From assembly GCA_028704515.1 (NCBI GenBank), contig JAQWFH010000001.1, positions 6,769 to 70,768 of the forward strand: a DNA stretch of 64,000 nt. Reading direction: 5' to 3'. The notes under the pieces were generated by a model that did no database searches, was not told the origin of the DNA, and saw nothing but the letters and a program-made list of their open reading frames with translations. Position 1 is the stretch's first letter. Each line of letters opens with the position of its first letter. The translations under genes and the position numbers were made by a program. Positions 8,647 to 19,003 of this stretch are shown piece after piece. Source of the stretch: Eubacteriales bacterium (GTDB lineage: Bacteria; Bacillota; Clostridia; Peptostreptococcales; Anaerovoracaceae).

Positions 8647-11235
8647 ATGAACATAGAAAAATATACTCAAAATGCACAATCAGCGATATTAGAGTGCCAG
8701 AATATAGCCATATCGGAGGGCCATCAGCAGCTTGACGGAGAGCATCTCCATATGTCATTGCTCATGCAAAATGATGGTCTTATTCCTAAGCTGCTAAAAT
8801 CTATGGGTAAAAATGTAGCTGAAATAATAGGGGAGCTTCAAGAAGAATTGGAGAAGCTTCCAAAGGTCGGAGGAGATGCCGGGAACCTTTATTCGACGAG
8901 AAGGCTCAATCAAATTTTGCTTAATGCCGAAAAAAATGCAGAGCAATTTAAGGATGAGTATGTATCTGTAGAGCATATGTACTTGGCTCTGCTCGATGAG
9001 AAAGGGACACCATCTGCGAGAATATTTGATAGGAAATCAATAACGAAGGATAAGTTTCTCGAAGCACTGAGTAAGGTTAGAGGGAATCAGAGAGTGACCT
9101 CTCAAAATCCTGAAGAAAATTATGATGCGCTTAACAAATACGGCATAGACCTTGTCGAAATGGCAAGACAAGGAAAGCTGGACCCTGTTATAGGAAGGGA
9201 TGCCGAGATAAGGCATACCGTACAAATACTTTCGAGGAGAACAAAAAATAATCCTGTGCTGATCGGTGAGCCGGGGGTTGGTAAGACGGCAGTCGTGGAA
9301 GGTCTGGCTCAGAGAATTCTGAACAACGATGTCCCGGAAGGCCTCAAGGATAAGACGATATTTGCGCTGGATATGGGAGCGCTTATTGCAGGTGCAAAAT
9401 TCAGAGGAGAATTTGAGGAAAGACTCAAATCAGTACTCAATGAAATAGAAAAATCCGACGGAAGGATAATTTTATTTATAGATGAGATTCATAACATTGT
9501 AGGTGCCGGAAGGACAGAGGGATCCATGGATGCCGGAAACCTACTCAAACCAAAGCTTGCGAGAGGAGAGCTCCACTGTATAGGTGCAACGACGCTCGAT
9601 GAGTACAGAAAGTATATAGAAAAGGACGCAGCGCTTGAAAGACGTTTTCAAAAGGTGCTTGTAGATCAACCTACCGTGCAGGACACGGTTTCCATATTGA
9701 GAGGCCTGAAGGAAAGATTTGAAATTCATCACGGAGTGCGCATTACCGATAACGCCATCATAGCTTGTGCAGTTCTTTCGGACAGGTATATAAGCGATAG
9801 GTTTTTACCAGACAAGGCTATAGACCTCATGGATGAGGCGGCATCAATGATAAGAACCGAAATTGATTCCCTGCCTGCTGAGTTGGATGAAATTTCAAGG
9901 AAGATTATGCAGCTTGAGATTGAGCAAAAGGCGCTTTCAAAAGAAACGGACGCCGCTTCCAAGCAGAGACAGGAAAACATATCAAAAGAGCTGTCGGAAT
10001 TAAAATCGCGAAGTGACAGCATGAGAGCCCAATGGGAGTATGAAAAAAAGTCTATTGTGGATGTCAAGGCTATCAAGCAGCAGATTGAAGAGGTTAAACT
10101 TCAAATCGAAGAGGCAGAGAGAGAATATGACCTCGAAAAGCTTGCACAGCTGAGATACGGAAGCTTGCCGGAGCTGGAAAAAAGACTGGAAGAAGTTAAA
10201 GCAACGGCTGACGAGGCTGAGGAAAACAGGCTGCTCAAGGAAGAGGTCGGAGAGGAAGAAATCGCACAGGTTGTTTCTAAGTGGACGGGAATCCCCGTCA
10301 GTAAACTTGTAGAATCCGAGAGGGAAAAGCTTTTACAGCTACCGCAAATATTACACAATCGAGTAGTAGGGCAGGATGAAGCGGTAATATCGGTATCGGA
10401 AGCAGTACTTCGCGCAAGAGCGGGACTGAAGGATGAAAGAAGGCCTATAGGTTCATTTATATTCCTAGGTCCAACGGGTGTGGGCAAGACGGAATTAGCT
10501 AAAGCTCTGTCCGAATCGCTGTTTGATTCCGAGAGAAGCATGATCAGAATAGATATGTCGGAATATATGGAGAAACATTCGGTATCGAGGCTTGTGGGAG
10601 CTCCTCCGGGATATGTGGGATACGATGAAGGGGGGCAGCTTACAGAAGCTGTAAGACGTAAGCCGTACAGTGTAATTTTGTTCGATGAAATAGAAAAGGC
10701 ACATCCGGATGTATTCAACATATTACTTCAGCTGCTCGATGATGGTAGACTTACTGACAATCAAGGAAGAACGGTTGACTTCAAAAACACGATTGTTATA
10801 ATGACATCCAATTTGGGAAGCTCATATTTGATAGAGAGCATCAAGGATGACGGAAGTATTGATCCGAAAGCAAAAGAGAAAGTCACGGAAGAGATGAAAA
10901 GAGCGTTTAAGCCGGAATTCCTAAACAGAATAGATGATATTGTGGTCTTCTCGCCTCTCACATACAACCAGATTAAAAAGATTATCGATATTTCCATAAA
11001 GGGCCTTTTGACAAGACTTGAGGAGCGTAATATCAGATTGACGCTGACAGATAAAGCCAAGGGCTTTATAGCTAAGGAAAGCTATACTCCGGCATATGGA
11101 GCTAGACCTGTCAATCGTTATTTGCAAAAGCACATTGAGACTGAACTCGCTTCAAAGATCATAAAGGGCGAGATATTGGAAGGAGATAATATAACGATTG
11201 ATGAAACAGACGGTAAATTGCTATTTACTAAATAA
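8647..11235 (+). CDS. clpB: ATP-dependent chaperone/disaggregase ClpB
   Basis: 862 aa with two AAA+ modules (GEPGVGKTA and GPTGVGKTE Walker A) and a long coiled-coil middle domain. Confidence 0.95.
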   Translation: MNIEKYTQNAQSAILECQNIAISEGHQQLDGEHLHMSLLMQNDGLIPKLLKSMGKNVAEIIGELQEELEKLPKVGGDAGNLYSTRRLNQILLNAEKNAEQFKDEYVSVEHMYLALLDEKGTPSARIFDRKSITKDKFLEALSKVRGNQRVTSQNPEENYDALNKYGIDLVEMARQGKLDPVIGRDAEIRHTVQILSRRTKNNPVLIGEPGVGKTAVVEGLAQRILNNDVPEGLKDKTIFALDMGALIAGAKFRGEFEERLKSVLNEIEKSDGRIILFIDEIHNIVGAGRTEGSMDAGNLLKPKLARGELHCIGATTLDEYRKYIEKDAALERRFQKVLVDQPTVQDTVSILRGLKERFEIHHGVRITDNAIIACAVLSDRYISDRFLPDKAIDLMDEAASMIRTEIDSLPAELDEISRKIMQLEIEQKALSKETDAASKQRQENISKELSELKSRSDSMRAQWEYEKKSIVDVKAIKQQIEEVKLQIEEAEREYDLEKLAQLRYGSLPELEKRLEEVKATADEAEENRLLKEEVGEEEIAQVVSKWTGIPVSKLVESEREKLLQLPQILHNRVVGQDEAVISVSEAVLRARAGLKDERRPIGSFIFLGPTGVGKTELAKALSESLFDSERSMIRIDMSEYMEKHSVSRLVGAPPGYVGYDEGGQLTEAVRRKPYSVILFDEIEKAHPDVFNILLQLLDDGRLTDNQGRTVDFKNTIVIMTSNLGSSYLIESIKDDGSIDPKAKEKVTEEMKRAFKPEFLNRIDDIVVFSPLTYNQIKKIIDISIKGLLTRLEERNIRLTLTDKAKGFIAKESYTPAYGARPVNRYLQKHIETELASKIIKGEILEGDNITIDETDGKLLFTK

Positions 11236-11251
11236 ATATCTTGTATCAATT

Positions 11252-11280
11252 AAAAACGGACGGTTTGACCGTCCGTTTTG
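11252..11280. terminator. Bidirectional terminator (clpB / gntR operon)
   Basis: ACGGACGG-TTTGA-CCGTCCGT flanked by A5 and T4. Confidence 0.75.
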
Positions 11281-11293
11281 CAATTATTGAACT

Positions 11294-11947
11294 TTATATA
11301 CCAGCGCGCGATTTTACATTGTTCATATGTAGCGACATGGCTGCTACGCCTGATGGCAGATCACGTTCTCGCAGCGCTTCATAGATTAGTCTATGATCCT
11401 CTAAAAGATCCAAAAGGTATTCTTCAGAATTCACGGGCTTATGTCTGTATTTAATATACAGCTGGTATGAGGAAAGAAAGTGTATCAGCATTTTGTTATG
11501 AGATGCAGCATAAATTAGGCTGTGAAATTTGCTATTAATATTCTGCATCTTTGCAAAATCTCTTTTGTTGGTATAAAACTCCATGAACTCAAAAGTTTCT
11601 TCAATTTCATCGAACTCATCATGAGTCATCCGTTCTACAGCCCATTTAATGGCTTGTATTTCATATGCCTTCCTGAGTTCATACATATCGGCCATATCTT
11701 TCTCAGTAAATCCCACAACAAAAGCTCCTCTATTTGGGATGGTCTCAATGAGACCATCAATTTCAAGCTTTTGAAAGGCTTCCCTAACAGGTGTACGGCT
11801 CACTGAATAATCACTGCATATCCGTTGCTCCGTTAGCTTTTCACCGATTTTTAGCTTTTCTTGCAGTATATCGGTTCTCAGTTGTCTGAATAAGCTCTCA
11901 GATAAAGAGAGAGTTCCATCTTTATCCGGGTTGCCTTGCAAAATCAT
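11294..11947 (-). CDS. GntR family transcriptional regulator (FadR/FCD-type C-terminal domain)
   Basis: N-terminal winged-helix pattern (GEKLTEQRICSDYSVSRTPVREAF..LE..GLI) and a helical C-terminal domain. GGAGGT RBS. Confidence 0.85.
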   Translation of the reverse strand: MILQGNPDKDGTLSLSESLFRQLRTDILQEKLKIGEKLTEQRICSDYSVSRTPVREAFQKLEIDGLIETIPNRGAFVVGFTEKDMADMYELRKAYEIQAIKWAVERMTHDEFDEIEETFEFMEFYTNKRDFAKMQNINSKFHSLIYAASHNKMLIHFLSSYQLYIKYRHKPVNSEEYLLDLLEDHRLIYEALRERDLPSGVAAMSLHMNNVKSRAGI

Positions 11948-11958
11948 AAGGGTACCTC

Positions 11959-13104
11959 CTACATATTCTTCGTTGTTGCGAGAATATAATCCGAAAACTC
12001 AGAGTTAGTTGCTCCGTCAGGCTTTCCTGTCAGAACTATTTTCCTTTCTGTAATCGTGCATATATCAAGAGCCTTGGCAAGCTTGTCGGCTTGAGTTTGA
12101 TATCCTATATGGGAAAGCAACATAACTCCGGCACGCATAACGCTGCATGGATCGGCATATATTTCTCTTCCTTCTTCAACCATTCTCGGCGCAGAGCCAT
12201 GGATGGCTTCAAACATCGCATATTTATTCCCTATATTTGCGCTTCCCGCAGTTCCTACGCCTCCCTGGAATTCTGCAGCCTCATCTGTAAGGATATCCCC
12301 GTACAGGTTTGGCAGTACCAGGACTTGGAATTGAGTTCTTCTGTTAGGGTCGATAAGCTTTGCTGTCATTATATCTATATACCAGTCATCAACCTCTATA
12401 CCGGGATAATCCTTAGCAACTTCCTTACATACCTCAAGGAATTTACCGTCGGTTTTCTTCACAATATTTGCTTTTGTTACTATTGAAACCTTTGTTTTGT
12501 CGTTGTTTTTTGCATATTCAAAGGCCTGCTTTGCAATTCTTCTTGTGCCTGGGGTAGTAATGACACGAAAATCTATAGCAAGATCATCGTTAATATCGAC
12601 ACCTTGACCGCCCATTGCATAAAGACATTCCGTGTTCTCACGGAAGAAAGTCCAATCTATACCTTCATCAGGAACCTTAACAGGTCTAACATTTGCAAAT
12701 AGATCGAGTTGCTTTCTCATTTCTACATTTGCACTGTCAATGTTTCCCCATATGTCGCCCTTTCTTGGAGTCGTTGTAGGGCCTTTCAACAGAACGTGGC
12801 ACATTTTTATTTCTTCGAGAACAGAGTCAGGTATTGCCTTCTGAGCTTTTGCACGGTTTTCGATAGTCAGCCCGGTTATTGTGCGAAATTCAACCTTGCC
12901 TTCTGCAACTTCATCAGATAAAAGCTCTTCGAGAACTCTGTGGGCTTGAGCTGTAATGGCAGGACCTATACCGTCTCCACCTATAATCCCGATTATTATT
13001 TTATCAAGTTTCTTGTAATCTATGGCTACATTGTCTTGCTTGAGTTTTTCAAGGCGAACAAGCTGCTGTGATACAATGTCCGCAAATGCCTTTTGATAGT
13101 CCAT
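11959..13104 (-). CDS. icd: Isocitrate/isopropylmalate dehydrogenase family protein, probably isocitrate dehydrogenase
   Basis: Motifs SANVEMRKQLDLFANVRPV and NLYGDILTDEAA..GGVG..SANIG, FEAIHGSAP. Lies directly downstream of aconitase. Confidence 0.75.
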   Translation of the reverse strand: MDYQKAFADIVSQQLVRLEKLKQDNVAIDYKKLDKIIIGIIGGDGIGPAITAQAHRVLEELLSDEVAEGKVEFRTITGLTIENRAKAQKAIPDSVLEEIKMCHVLLKGPTTTPRKGDIWGNIDSANVEMRKQLDLFANVRPVKVPDEGIDWTFFRENTECLYAMGGQGVDINDDLAIDFRVITTPGTRRIAKQAFEYAKNNDKTKVSIVTKANIVKKTDGKFLEVCKEVAKDYPGIEVDDWYIDIMTAKLIDPNRRTQFQVLVLPNLYGDILTDEAAEFQGGVGTAGSANIGNKYAMFEAIHGSAPRMVEEGREIYADPCSVMRAGVMLLSHIGYQTQADKLAKALDICTITERKIVLTGKPDGATNSEFSDYILATTKNM

Positions 13105-13106
13105 AT

Positions 13107-15038
13107 CTATACCTCCGTCTGTGATTTTATATAATTAATTTTGCCGCCTTTTTCTATCATAGAGGTTTCAAACTCGGAGAAGCTTGTGACAGCGTTGTAT
13201 GTCTTCCCTGTTGTTTCGTTCTTCACTTTAATAATAGGATTTTTTATCTGCTCAACGGCATTTTCTATTACGAGTGTATTCCCTAATTCGATATCGTTGT
13301 AATCGTCCGCATTTTCAAATACAAGAGGCATTATTCCGCTGTTGATGAGATTAGAACGGTGTATTCTTGCGAAGGATTTTGCAATTACGAATTTTATCCC
13401 TAGGTGAAGAGGGGCAAGTGCAGCATGTTCACGGCTTGAACCCTGTCCGTAGTTGTCGCCGCCTATTATTGCACAGGCTCCGGCTTTATTGCACCTTGCC
13501 GGAAATTCGTTATCTATCTTTTCAAAGCAATAGTTTGAAAGGTGAGGTACGTTGGAACGGTAAGGCAAAAGTCTCGAATCCGAAGGCATGATGTCGTCTG
13601 TTGTTATGTTGTCTCCTGTCTTGAGGGTGACCTCTACGGTTACTTTATCAGGAAGAGCAGTATTCTTCGGGAAAGGCTTTATATTAGGCCCCATTTCTAC
13701 AGGAATGGAGGACTTTGTAGCACCTGAAGGCATGATGATAAAGCTGTCAACGGGCGGAGCTTTCACAATTTCGATGTGAGGTAGCTCGATATCTGTCGTA
13801 TTCCCATCGGTAAGAACACCGTAGATTGCAGATACTGCTGCTGTTTCCGGGCTGACAAGAAATACAGATGCATCGTTTGTGCCACTTCTGCCTTTAAAGT
13901 TTCTATTAAATGTACGAAGAGAAACAGCGCCTGATTTTGGAGACTGCCCCATACCTATGCAAGGACCGCAGGAGTTCTCAATAACTCTTGCTCCAGCTTT
14001 AATCAAGTCTGCCATAGCACCATTTTCAGCCATTTGAGCCATTATACTGCTAGAGCCCGGGCTTATTACTAGGGAAACTTCCGGATGAACCTTTCTGCCT
14101 TTAAGTATCGCAGCAACCTTCATCAAATCTGTATATGATGAATTTGTACAGCTTCCTATAGCTACCTGATCTATTTTGATATTACCTATATTTGCGACAG
14201 AATCAACATTGTCAGGACTGTGAGGCATTGCCGCAAGAGGATTAATTTCGGATAAGTCGATTTCAATCAGCTTGTCATAAATGGCATCCGCATCTGCAGA
14301 AAGTGCGACAAAGTCATCCTCTCTTCCGCGGAGCTTCAAATATTGCCTTGTGTTTTCATCGCTTGGGAAAACTGAGGTTGTAGCTCCAAGCTCTGCACCC
14401 ATATTTGTTATCGTAGCTCTGTCTGTAACGGAAAGAGTTTTTACACCTTCCCCGAAATATTCAACTATATTTCCCACACCGCCTTTAACCGTAAGAAGCT
14501 TAAGCACATGTAGTATAACGTCCTTTGCAGAGGACCAAGCGGGAAGCTTACCCGTAAGCTTGATTCCTATAACATCGGGAACGCCTAGGCTGTATGTTCC
14601 CTTTGCCATTGCAACGGCTACATCAAGCCCGCCGGCACCGATAGCGATCATCCCAAGTCCGCCTCCTGTAGGAGTATGACTGTCTGAACCGAGTAATGTC
14701 TTACCGGGGATACCGTAGTTTTCAAGATGAAGTTGATGGCATATTCCGTTTCCGGGTTTACTGAAAAGTATGCCATGACGATTTGCCACGCTTTTGATAA
14801 AGGCATGATCATCTGCATTTTCAAAGCCAGTCTGAAGAGTATTGTGGTCAATGTATGCTACAGAAATCTCGGTTTTTATTTTTTCAACATCAAGTTCTTC
14901 CAATTGAAGATAAACCATAGTACCAGTCGAATCCTGGGTAAGAGTTTGGTCTATTTTTATCGTAATTTCATTTCCTTTAGATAATTCACCCGATACCAGG
15001 TGATTTTCAAGAATTTTATATGCTAGTGTTTTCCCCAT
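13107..15038 (-). CDS. acn: Aconitate hydratase (643-aa monomeric aconitase)
   Basis: Fe-S ligand motifs GSCTNSS and CGPCIGMG, a swivel-domain signature (GxNYGQGSSREHAA) and DSHT. Confidence 0.85.
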   Translation of the reverse strand: MGKTLAYKILENHLVSGELSKGNEITIKIDQTLTQDSTGTMVYLQLEELDVEKIKTEISVAYIDHNTLQTGFENADDHAFIKSVANRHGILFSKPGNGICHQLHLENYGIPGKTLLGSDSHTPTGGGLGMIAIGAGGLDVAVAMAKGTYSLGVPDVIGIKLTGKLPAWSSAKDVILHVLKLLTVKGGVGNIVEYFGEGVKTLSVTDRATITNMGAELGATTSVFPSDENTRQYLKLRGREDDFVALSADADAIYDKLIEIDLSEINPLAAMPHSPDNVDSVANIGNIKIDQVAIGSCTNSSYTDLMKVAAILKGRKVHPEVSLVISPGSSSIMAQMAENGAMADLIKAGARVIENSCGPCIGMGQSPKSGAVSLRTFNRNFKGRSGTNDASVFLVSPETAAVSAIYGVLTDGNTTDIELPHIEIVKAPPVDSFIIMPSGATKSSIPVEMGPNIKPFPKNTALPDKVTVEVTLKTGDNITTDDIMPSDSRLLPYRSNVPHLSNYCFEKIDNEFPARCNKAGACAIIGGDNYGQGSSREHAALAPLHLGIKFVIAKSFARIHRSNLINSGIMPLVFENADDYNDIELGNTLVIENAVEQIKNPIIKVKNETTGKTYNAVTSFSEFETSMIEKGGKINYIKSQTEV

Positions 15039-15063
15039 ATCTATCTCCTTTAAATTGTGTAAC

Positions 15064-15079
15064 TGTATACAAGTATACT
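15064..15079. promoter_or_regulatory. Tandem GT-N-AC palindromes, candidate GntR/FadR-type operator
   Basis: TGTATACA immediately followed by AGTATACT, about 25-40 nt upstream of the aconitase start on the minus strand. Confidence 0.4.
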
Positions 15080-15183
15080 TCTAATAAAACAGAAAGGCAA
15101 GTGCCAAAGGCAAAAAAATAATCAATAAAATCACAGGCAGAAATAAAACCGGAGGTTTACACCCACGGCTTTATTTTCTTTAT

Positions 15184-15804
15184 TTACCTGTTCGCGATTC
15201 CGTTGAATATAAAATCCAGCAGCGAATCCAAATTGTTTTCCTCAAGATTGACATCATTTGCTCCATTAGGCGTACAAGAGCAGGGATGCAGGTTGTATTT
15301 TAATAAGAAAAAGGAGGCAATGGACGAAATTATAAAGTTTGCCAAAAGGGCAACATCTATATTGCGGATCTCCCCCGATGCTATGCCTTCTCTTATTATA
15401 TCTGATATAATTTCGTATTCTGCAACTAGCACTGCTGATAAAGCATTTCGCATTTTGTCCGACATATGCGGGTGCGATTCAATGAGATGCGTTTTTAAGT
15501 CCGAGGCATCGGCGCCGTACTTTGAAAAAATCGACATCTCAAAATCAAGGAAAAATCTCAGCTTATCCAATGTGGAAGCGTGCTCCGTTACTTTCTGCGA
15601 AGTAACGGAGTAATCCTCTATGATCGTCTCAACTATAGAGCTTATAAAAATATCTTCCTTGCTTTCATAGTACTCATATACGGTTCCTTTTCCGATTCCC
15701 GCTTTTGCGGCAATATCCGCAATTTTAGTATTTTTATATCCATTTCCGGAAAAAAGCTCAAAAGCAGCTTCCAGTATAAGGGTGTTTTTTTTCTTTTTAT
15801 TCAT
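15184..15804 (-). CDS. TetR/AcrR family transcriptional regulator
   Basis: N-terminal HTH pattern (FELFSGNGYKNTKIADIAAKAGIGKGTVYEYYESKEDIF). Its start overlaps the RND stop by 8 nt. Confidence 0.85.
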   Translation of the reverse strand: MNKKKKNTLILEAAFELFSGNGYKNTKIADIAAKAGIGKGTVYEYYESKEDIFISSIVETIIEDYSVTSQKVTEHASTLDKLRFFLDFEMSIFSKYGADASDLKTHLIESHPHMSDKMRNALSAVLVAEYEIISDIIREGIASGEIRNIDVALLANFIISSIASFFLLKYNLHPCSCTPNGANDVNLEENNLDSLLDFIFNGIANR

Positions 15805-18800
15805 TGCTTCCCACCGGCTCCTTAAGATTTATAGGAATTTGTTCCGATTCTCTATCCTCTTCCGCCCACTCTTCTTCAAGTAATCTCACAGCTTCATCCT
15901 TAAGACGTTTCTTTTCTTTTCTCTTAGCACTGTAATCTTCCATTATACCGTAAAGAACAGGTACGAATATAAGTGTAACTATTGTCGATGCAATCAGGCC
16001 TCCTATTATAGTTATACCCATCGGAGCAAGCATTTCCGTTCCTTCACCAAGACCGAGTGAGAGCGGTATCATACCTGCACATGTAGCCGCTGTTGTCATC
16101 AGGATAGGCCTAAGCCTCAATTGCCCTGCCTTGATCAGGGCCTCCTCAAGAGGCATTGAGTCCTTGTTCTGCCTGATAAACTCAACAAGAAGTATCGAAT
16201 TGTTTACAACAATACCTACAAGCATGATGAGGCCCAAGAATGAAGTCATAGAAAGCTTCGTTCCTGTGAGGAACAGGGCGAAGAAGGCTCCGGACATCGC
16301 AAACGGTACTGCTGTCATAACGATAAACGGTCTTATAATGGATTCGAACTGTGCTGCCAAAAGCAGGAATACTAGTGCGAACGATGCGAACAGTGCTTTT
16401 CCGAGGCTCGAAAACGCGTCGACCATCTGCTCTTGCTGACCCCCCGTCTCATAATAGTAGCCGTCCGGGAAGTTGTATTTGTCGGCGATATTAAGAACCT
16501 TGCCGGATATGCTCCCTAAGTCGCGAGTTCCGTCCAGATACACATTTACTGATATATATCGGGATTGATTCTCACGGTTTATTATGTTCGGCGAATTATC
16601 ATATTCGAGCGTAGCGATTTGTCCAACAGGGACTTGTATTCCCGTAGAGCCTGTAATCATGATTTGCTGCATATTTTCTATTGATTCATTATATGTGTCA
16701 GGAAGAGAGAGATTTATGTCTATCTCGTTGCCTTCGACTTTAAGGCGTGTAGCCGTTTGGCCGGACAAGGCACTCGAAAGTCCATTTGCGAGCTGATAAG
16801 CATTTACTCCGTAATATGTGGCTGCTGTCCTGTCAAGAGAAACCTTAACCTCAGGATCCCCTTCAGTTATATCAAGCTCAGCGGAAGAGATGCCTTCAAT
16901 TTTTGCTATTTGAGCGGCAAGATCGTTTCCGACACTTTTGAGCTCATCTAATTCCTTGCCCTTGATGACAAGTGTCATAGCAGCTCCGCCCATCAAAGTT
17001 CCCATCGATGATGATTCCTCGACAGTAATGTCTGCACCGGCAAGCTCATTCATTTTTTGTTTTACATCTGCTACGATATCCGACGTACTTCTTCTCCTGT
17101 CGTTCATATCCACAAGTGTAACGCTTAACGAAGAGCTGTTTGCTGATGAAAGAAGCATTTCAGTGCTTGAGCCGATATTTGCCGTACAAAATGATACTTC
17201 CGGTATGGATAGAATATATTCTTCAATATCAGCTGTGTATTTTGCCTGGCTTTCAAGTGAAGTGCCGTAAGGCATGTCGATGGTTATTGTGAAAGTGCCC
17301 TCATCGGAAGCAGGAATAAGTTCTGCTCCGACAACCGCTATCAGTGAAATAGACACTAAGAAGATTGATATACAAGTGATTACAACCTTTTTTCTCTTCT
17401 TTAAAGTGCGCTTCATGAAATTCCCGTACCATTCGGTCAACAGATCGATAGCTGCGGTAAAGCGTGACAAATAACGGAATTTATATCTTCTTCTACCTAA
17501 TCGTATGTAATCTGTAGAGTGCCCCTTTGAGAGGAGCTTAGAGCAAAGCATTGGAACAATGGTAAGTGCAACTACAAGAGATGCAAGGAGTGCTACTATA
17601 ATAGTAGTACAGAAATCTTTGAACATCAGGCCTGCCATACCACTGGACGTAGCAATAGGGAGAAATACCATGACCTTTGTGAGCGTCGCAGCAACTACAG
17701 CCAATGAAATCTCCTTTGTTCCCTCACGAGAAGCTTCCTCCGGATCCTCAATGCCTTGCCGCACTCTGAATACATTTTCGAGCACAATGACGGCATCGTC
17801 AACCAGCATACCGATAGATAGTGTCAATGCCGACAATGTTATGACGTTCAATGTCATACCGTTAAAGTTCATGATTGCAAACGTTGCCAGCAGGGATGTA
17901 GGTATCGACAGTGCTACGATAAGGGTACTGCGCATGTTTTTTAGGAAAAGGAAAACAACCAGGATAGCCAGAACCGCGCCCTCAATAGCTGTTCTGGATA
18001 CGGAATTTATAGAGCTTCGTATATAATCAGCCTGGTCGTAACCGACTGTAAACGTCAATTCGGGAAATTGAGCCTCAAGACCATCGATTGTTTTGTGAAG
18101 AGCATCAGAAACCTCTACTGTATTAGCGTCGGATTGCTTTGAAATTGCAAGACCGATAGAGGTTTCCCCATTTACTCGGCTGATAGACGTCTGAGATTTC
18201 GTGCCGGCCTCGATAGATGCTATATCCTGAAGCCTCAAGACACTCCTATCGGAGAGAGTTATCGGGATGTTCTTTATATCGTCTACGGAGTCGAATTCTC
18301 CCATTGTACGAACAATGACTTTGGAATCGCCTTTGCTTATTTCACCTGAAGGCATATTTATATTTTCTGCAGCAAGTATTTGTGAAAGGGTAGCCAAAGA
18401 TAGCCCGTATCCTGTAAGGGTTTCCTGATTTACTACCATAGATATTTCGTCTTCCAGTCCTCCTGTAACGCCTACAGAGGCAACGCCCGATGTACGTTCA
18501 AAATATGAAAGTATATTATCGTTGACAGTTGTTGTAAGTGTATCGAGAGGCATATCTGCTGATACAAATATCTGAACCGATGACATAGCATTTACGTCCA
18601 TCTTAAGGACCATTGGACTGCTTGCTCCATCGGGGAGATAATCCTCTATGAGAGCAACTTTTTCCCTCATATTTAAGGTGGCAAAGTTCATGTCCGTATC
18701 CATTTGGAATTCAAGTAAAATTATAGACTGGCCGGGCATCGACATAGAGGTCAATGTGTCGAGGTCAGATACGGAAGCAAGCGCCTGCTCAAGTGGCTTT

Positions 18801-18991
18801 GTAACGAGTGTCTCCACTTCTTCAGGAGACGCGTTTGTGTAGGAAGCCATTACAACTGCAATAGGATATTCTATATCAGGGAGCAAGTCCTGAGGTATGG
18901 AAAATATGGATAATACTCCTATAACTACGACCATAAGCATAATCATTATCGTCGCTACAGGCCGTTTGATACTCAAGTTTGAAAAATTCAT
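15797..18991 (-). CDS. RND (AcrB/HAE1-like) efflux transporter permease
   Basis: 1064 aa with 12-TM architecture and two large extracytoplasmic loops. The N-terminus MNFSNLSIKRPVATIM is typical of AcrB-family proteins. Confidence 0.9.
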   Translation of the reverse strand: MNFSNLSIKRPVATIMIMLMVVVIGVLSIFSIPQDLLPDIEYPIAVVMASYTNASPEEVETLVTKPLEQALASVSDLDTLTSMSMPGQSIILLEFQMDTDMNFATLNMREKVALIEDYLPDGASSPMVLKMDVNAMSSVQIFVSADMPLDTLTTTVNDNILSYFERTSGVASVGVTGGLEDEISMVVNQETLTGYGLSLATLSQILAAENINMPSGEISKGDSKVIVRTMGEFDSVDDIKNIPITLSDRSVLRLQDIASIEAGTKSQTSISRVNGETSIGLAISKQSDANTVEVSDALHKTIDGLEAQFPELTFTVGYDQADYIRSSINSVSRTAIEGAVLAILVVFLFLKNMRSTLIVALSIPTSLLATFAIMNFNGMTLNVITLSALTLSIGMLVDDAVIVLENVFRVRQGIEDPEEASREGTKEISLAVVAATLTKVMVFLPIATSSGMAGLMFKDFCTTIIVALLASLVVALTIVPMLCSKLLSKGHSTDYIRLGRRRYKFRYLSRFTAAIDLLTEWYGNFMKRTLKKRKKVVITCISIFLVSISLIAVVGAELIPASDEGTFTITIDMPYGTSLESQAKYTADIEEYILSIPEVSFCTANIGSSTEMLLSSANSSSLSVTLVDMNDRRRSTSDIVADVKQKMNELAGADITVEESSSMGTLMGGAAMTLVIKGKELDELKSVGNDLAAQIAKIEGISSAELDITEGDPEVKVSLDRTAATYYGVNAYQLANGLSSALSGQTATRLKVEGNEIDINLSLPDTYNESIENMQQIMITGSTGIQVPVGQIATLEYDNSPNIINRENQSRYISVNVYLDGTRDLGSISGKVLNIADKYNFPDGYYYETGGQQEQMVDAFSSLGKALFASFALVFLLLAAQFESIIRPFIVMTAVPFAMSGAFFALFLTGTKLSMTSFLGLIMLVGIVVNNSILLVEFIRQNKDSMPLEEALIKAGQLRLRPILMTTAATCAGMIPLSLGLGEGTEMLAPMGITIIGGLIASTIVTLIFVPVLYGIMEDYSAKRKEKKRLKDEAVRLLEEEWAEEDRESEQIPINLKEPVGSNE

Positions 18992-19003
18992 TCTATGCGC
19001 TCC

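Noticed and set aside
10101-10721. 206-aa ORF antisense to clpB. Similar long antisense ORFs occur at 6611-7195 in glyA, 37286-37888 in rnr, 42635-43390 in the MBL-HAD gene, 45877-46344 and 49758-50183.
   Set aside because: All lie opposite genes with unambiguous conserved motifs. They have Ser/Leu/Ile-rich low-complexity composition typical of shadow frames, and they lack RBS and recognisable motifs.
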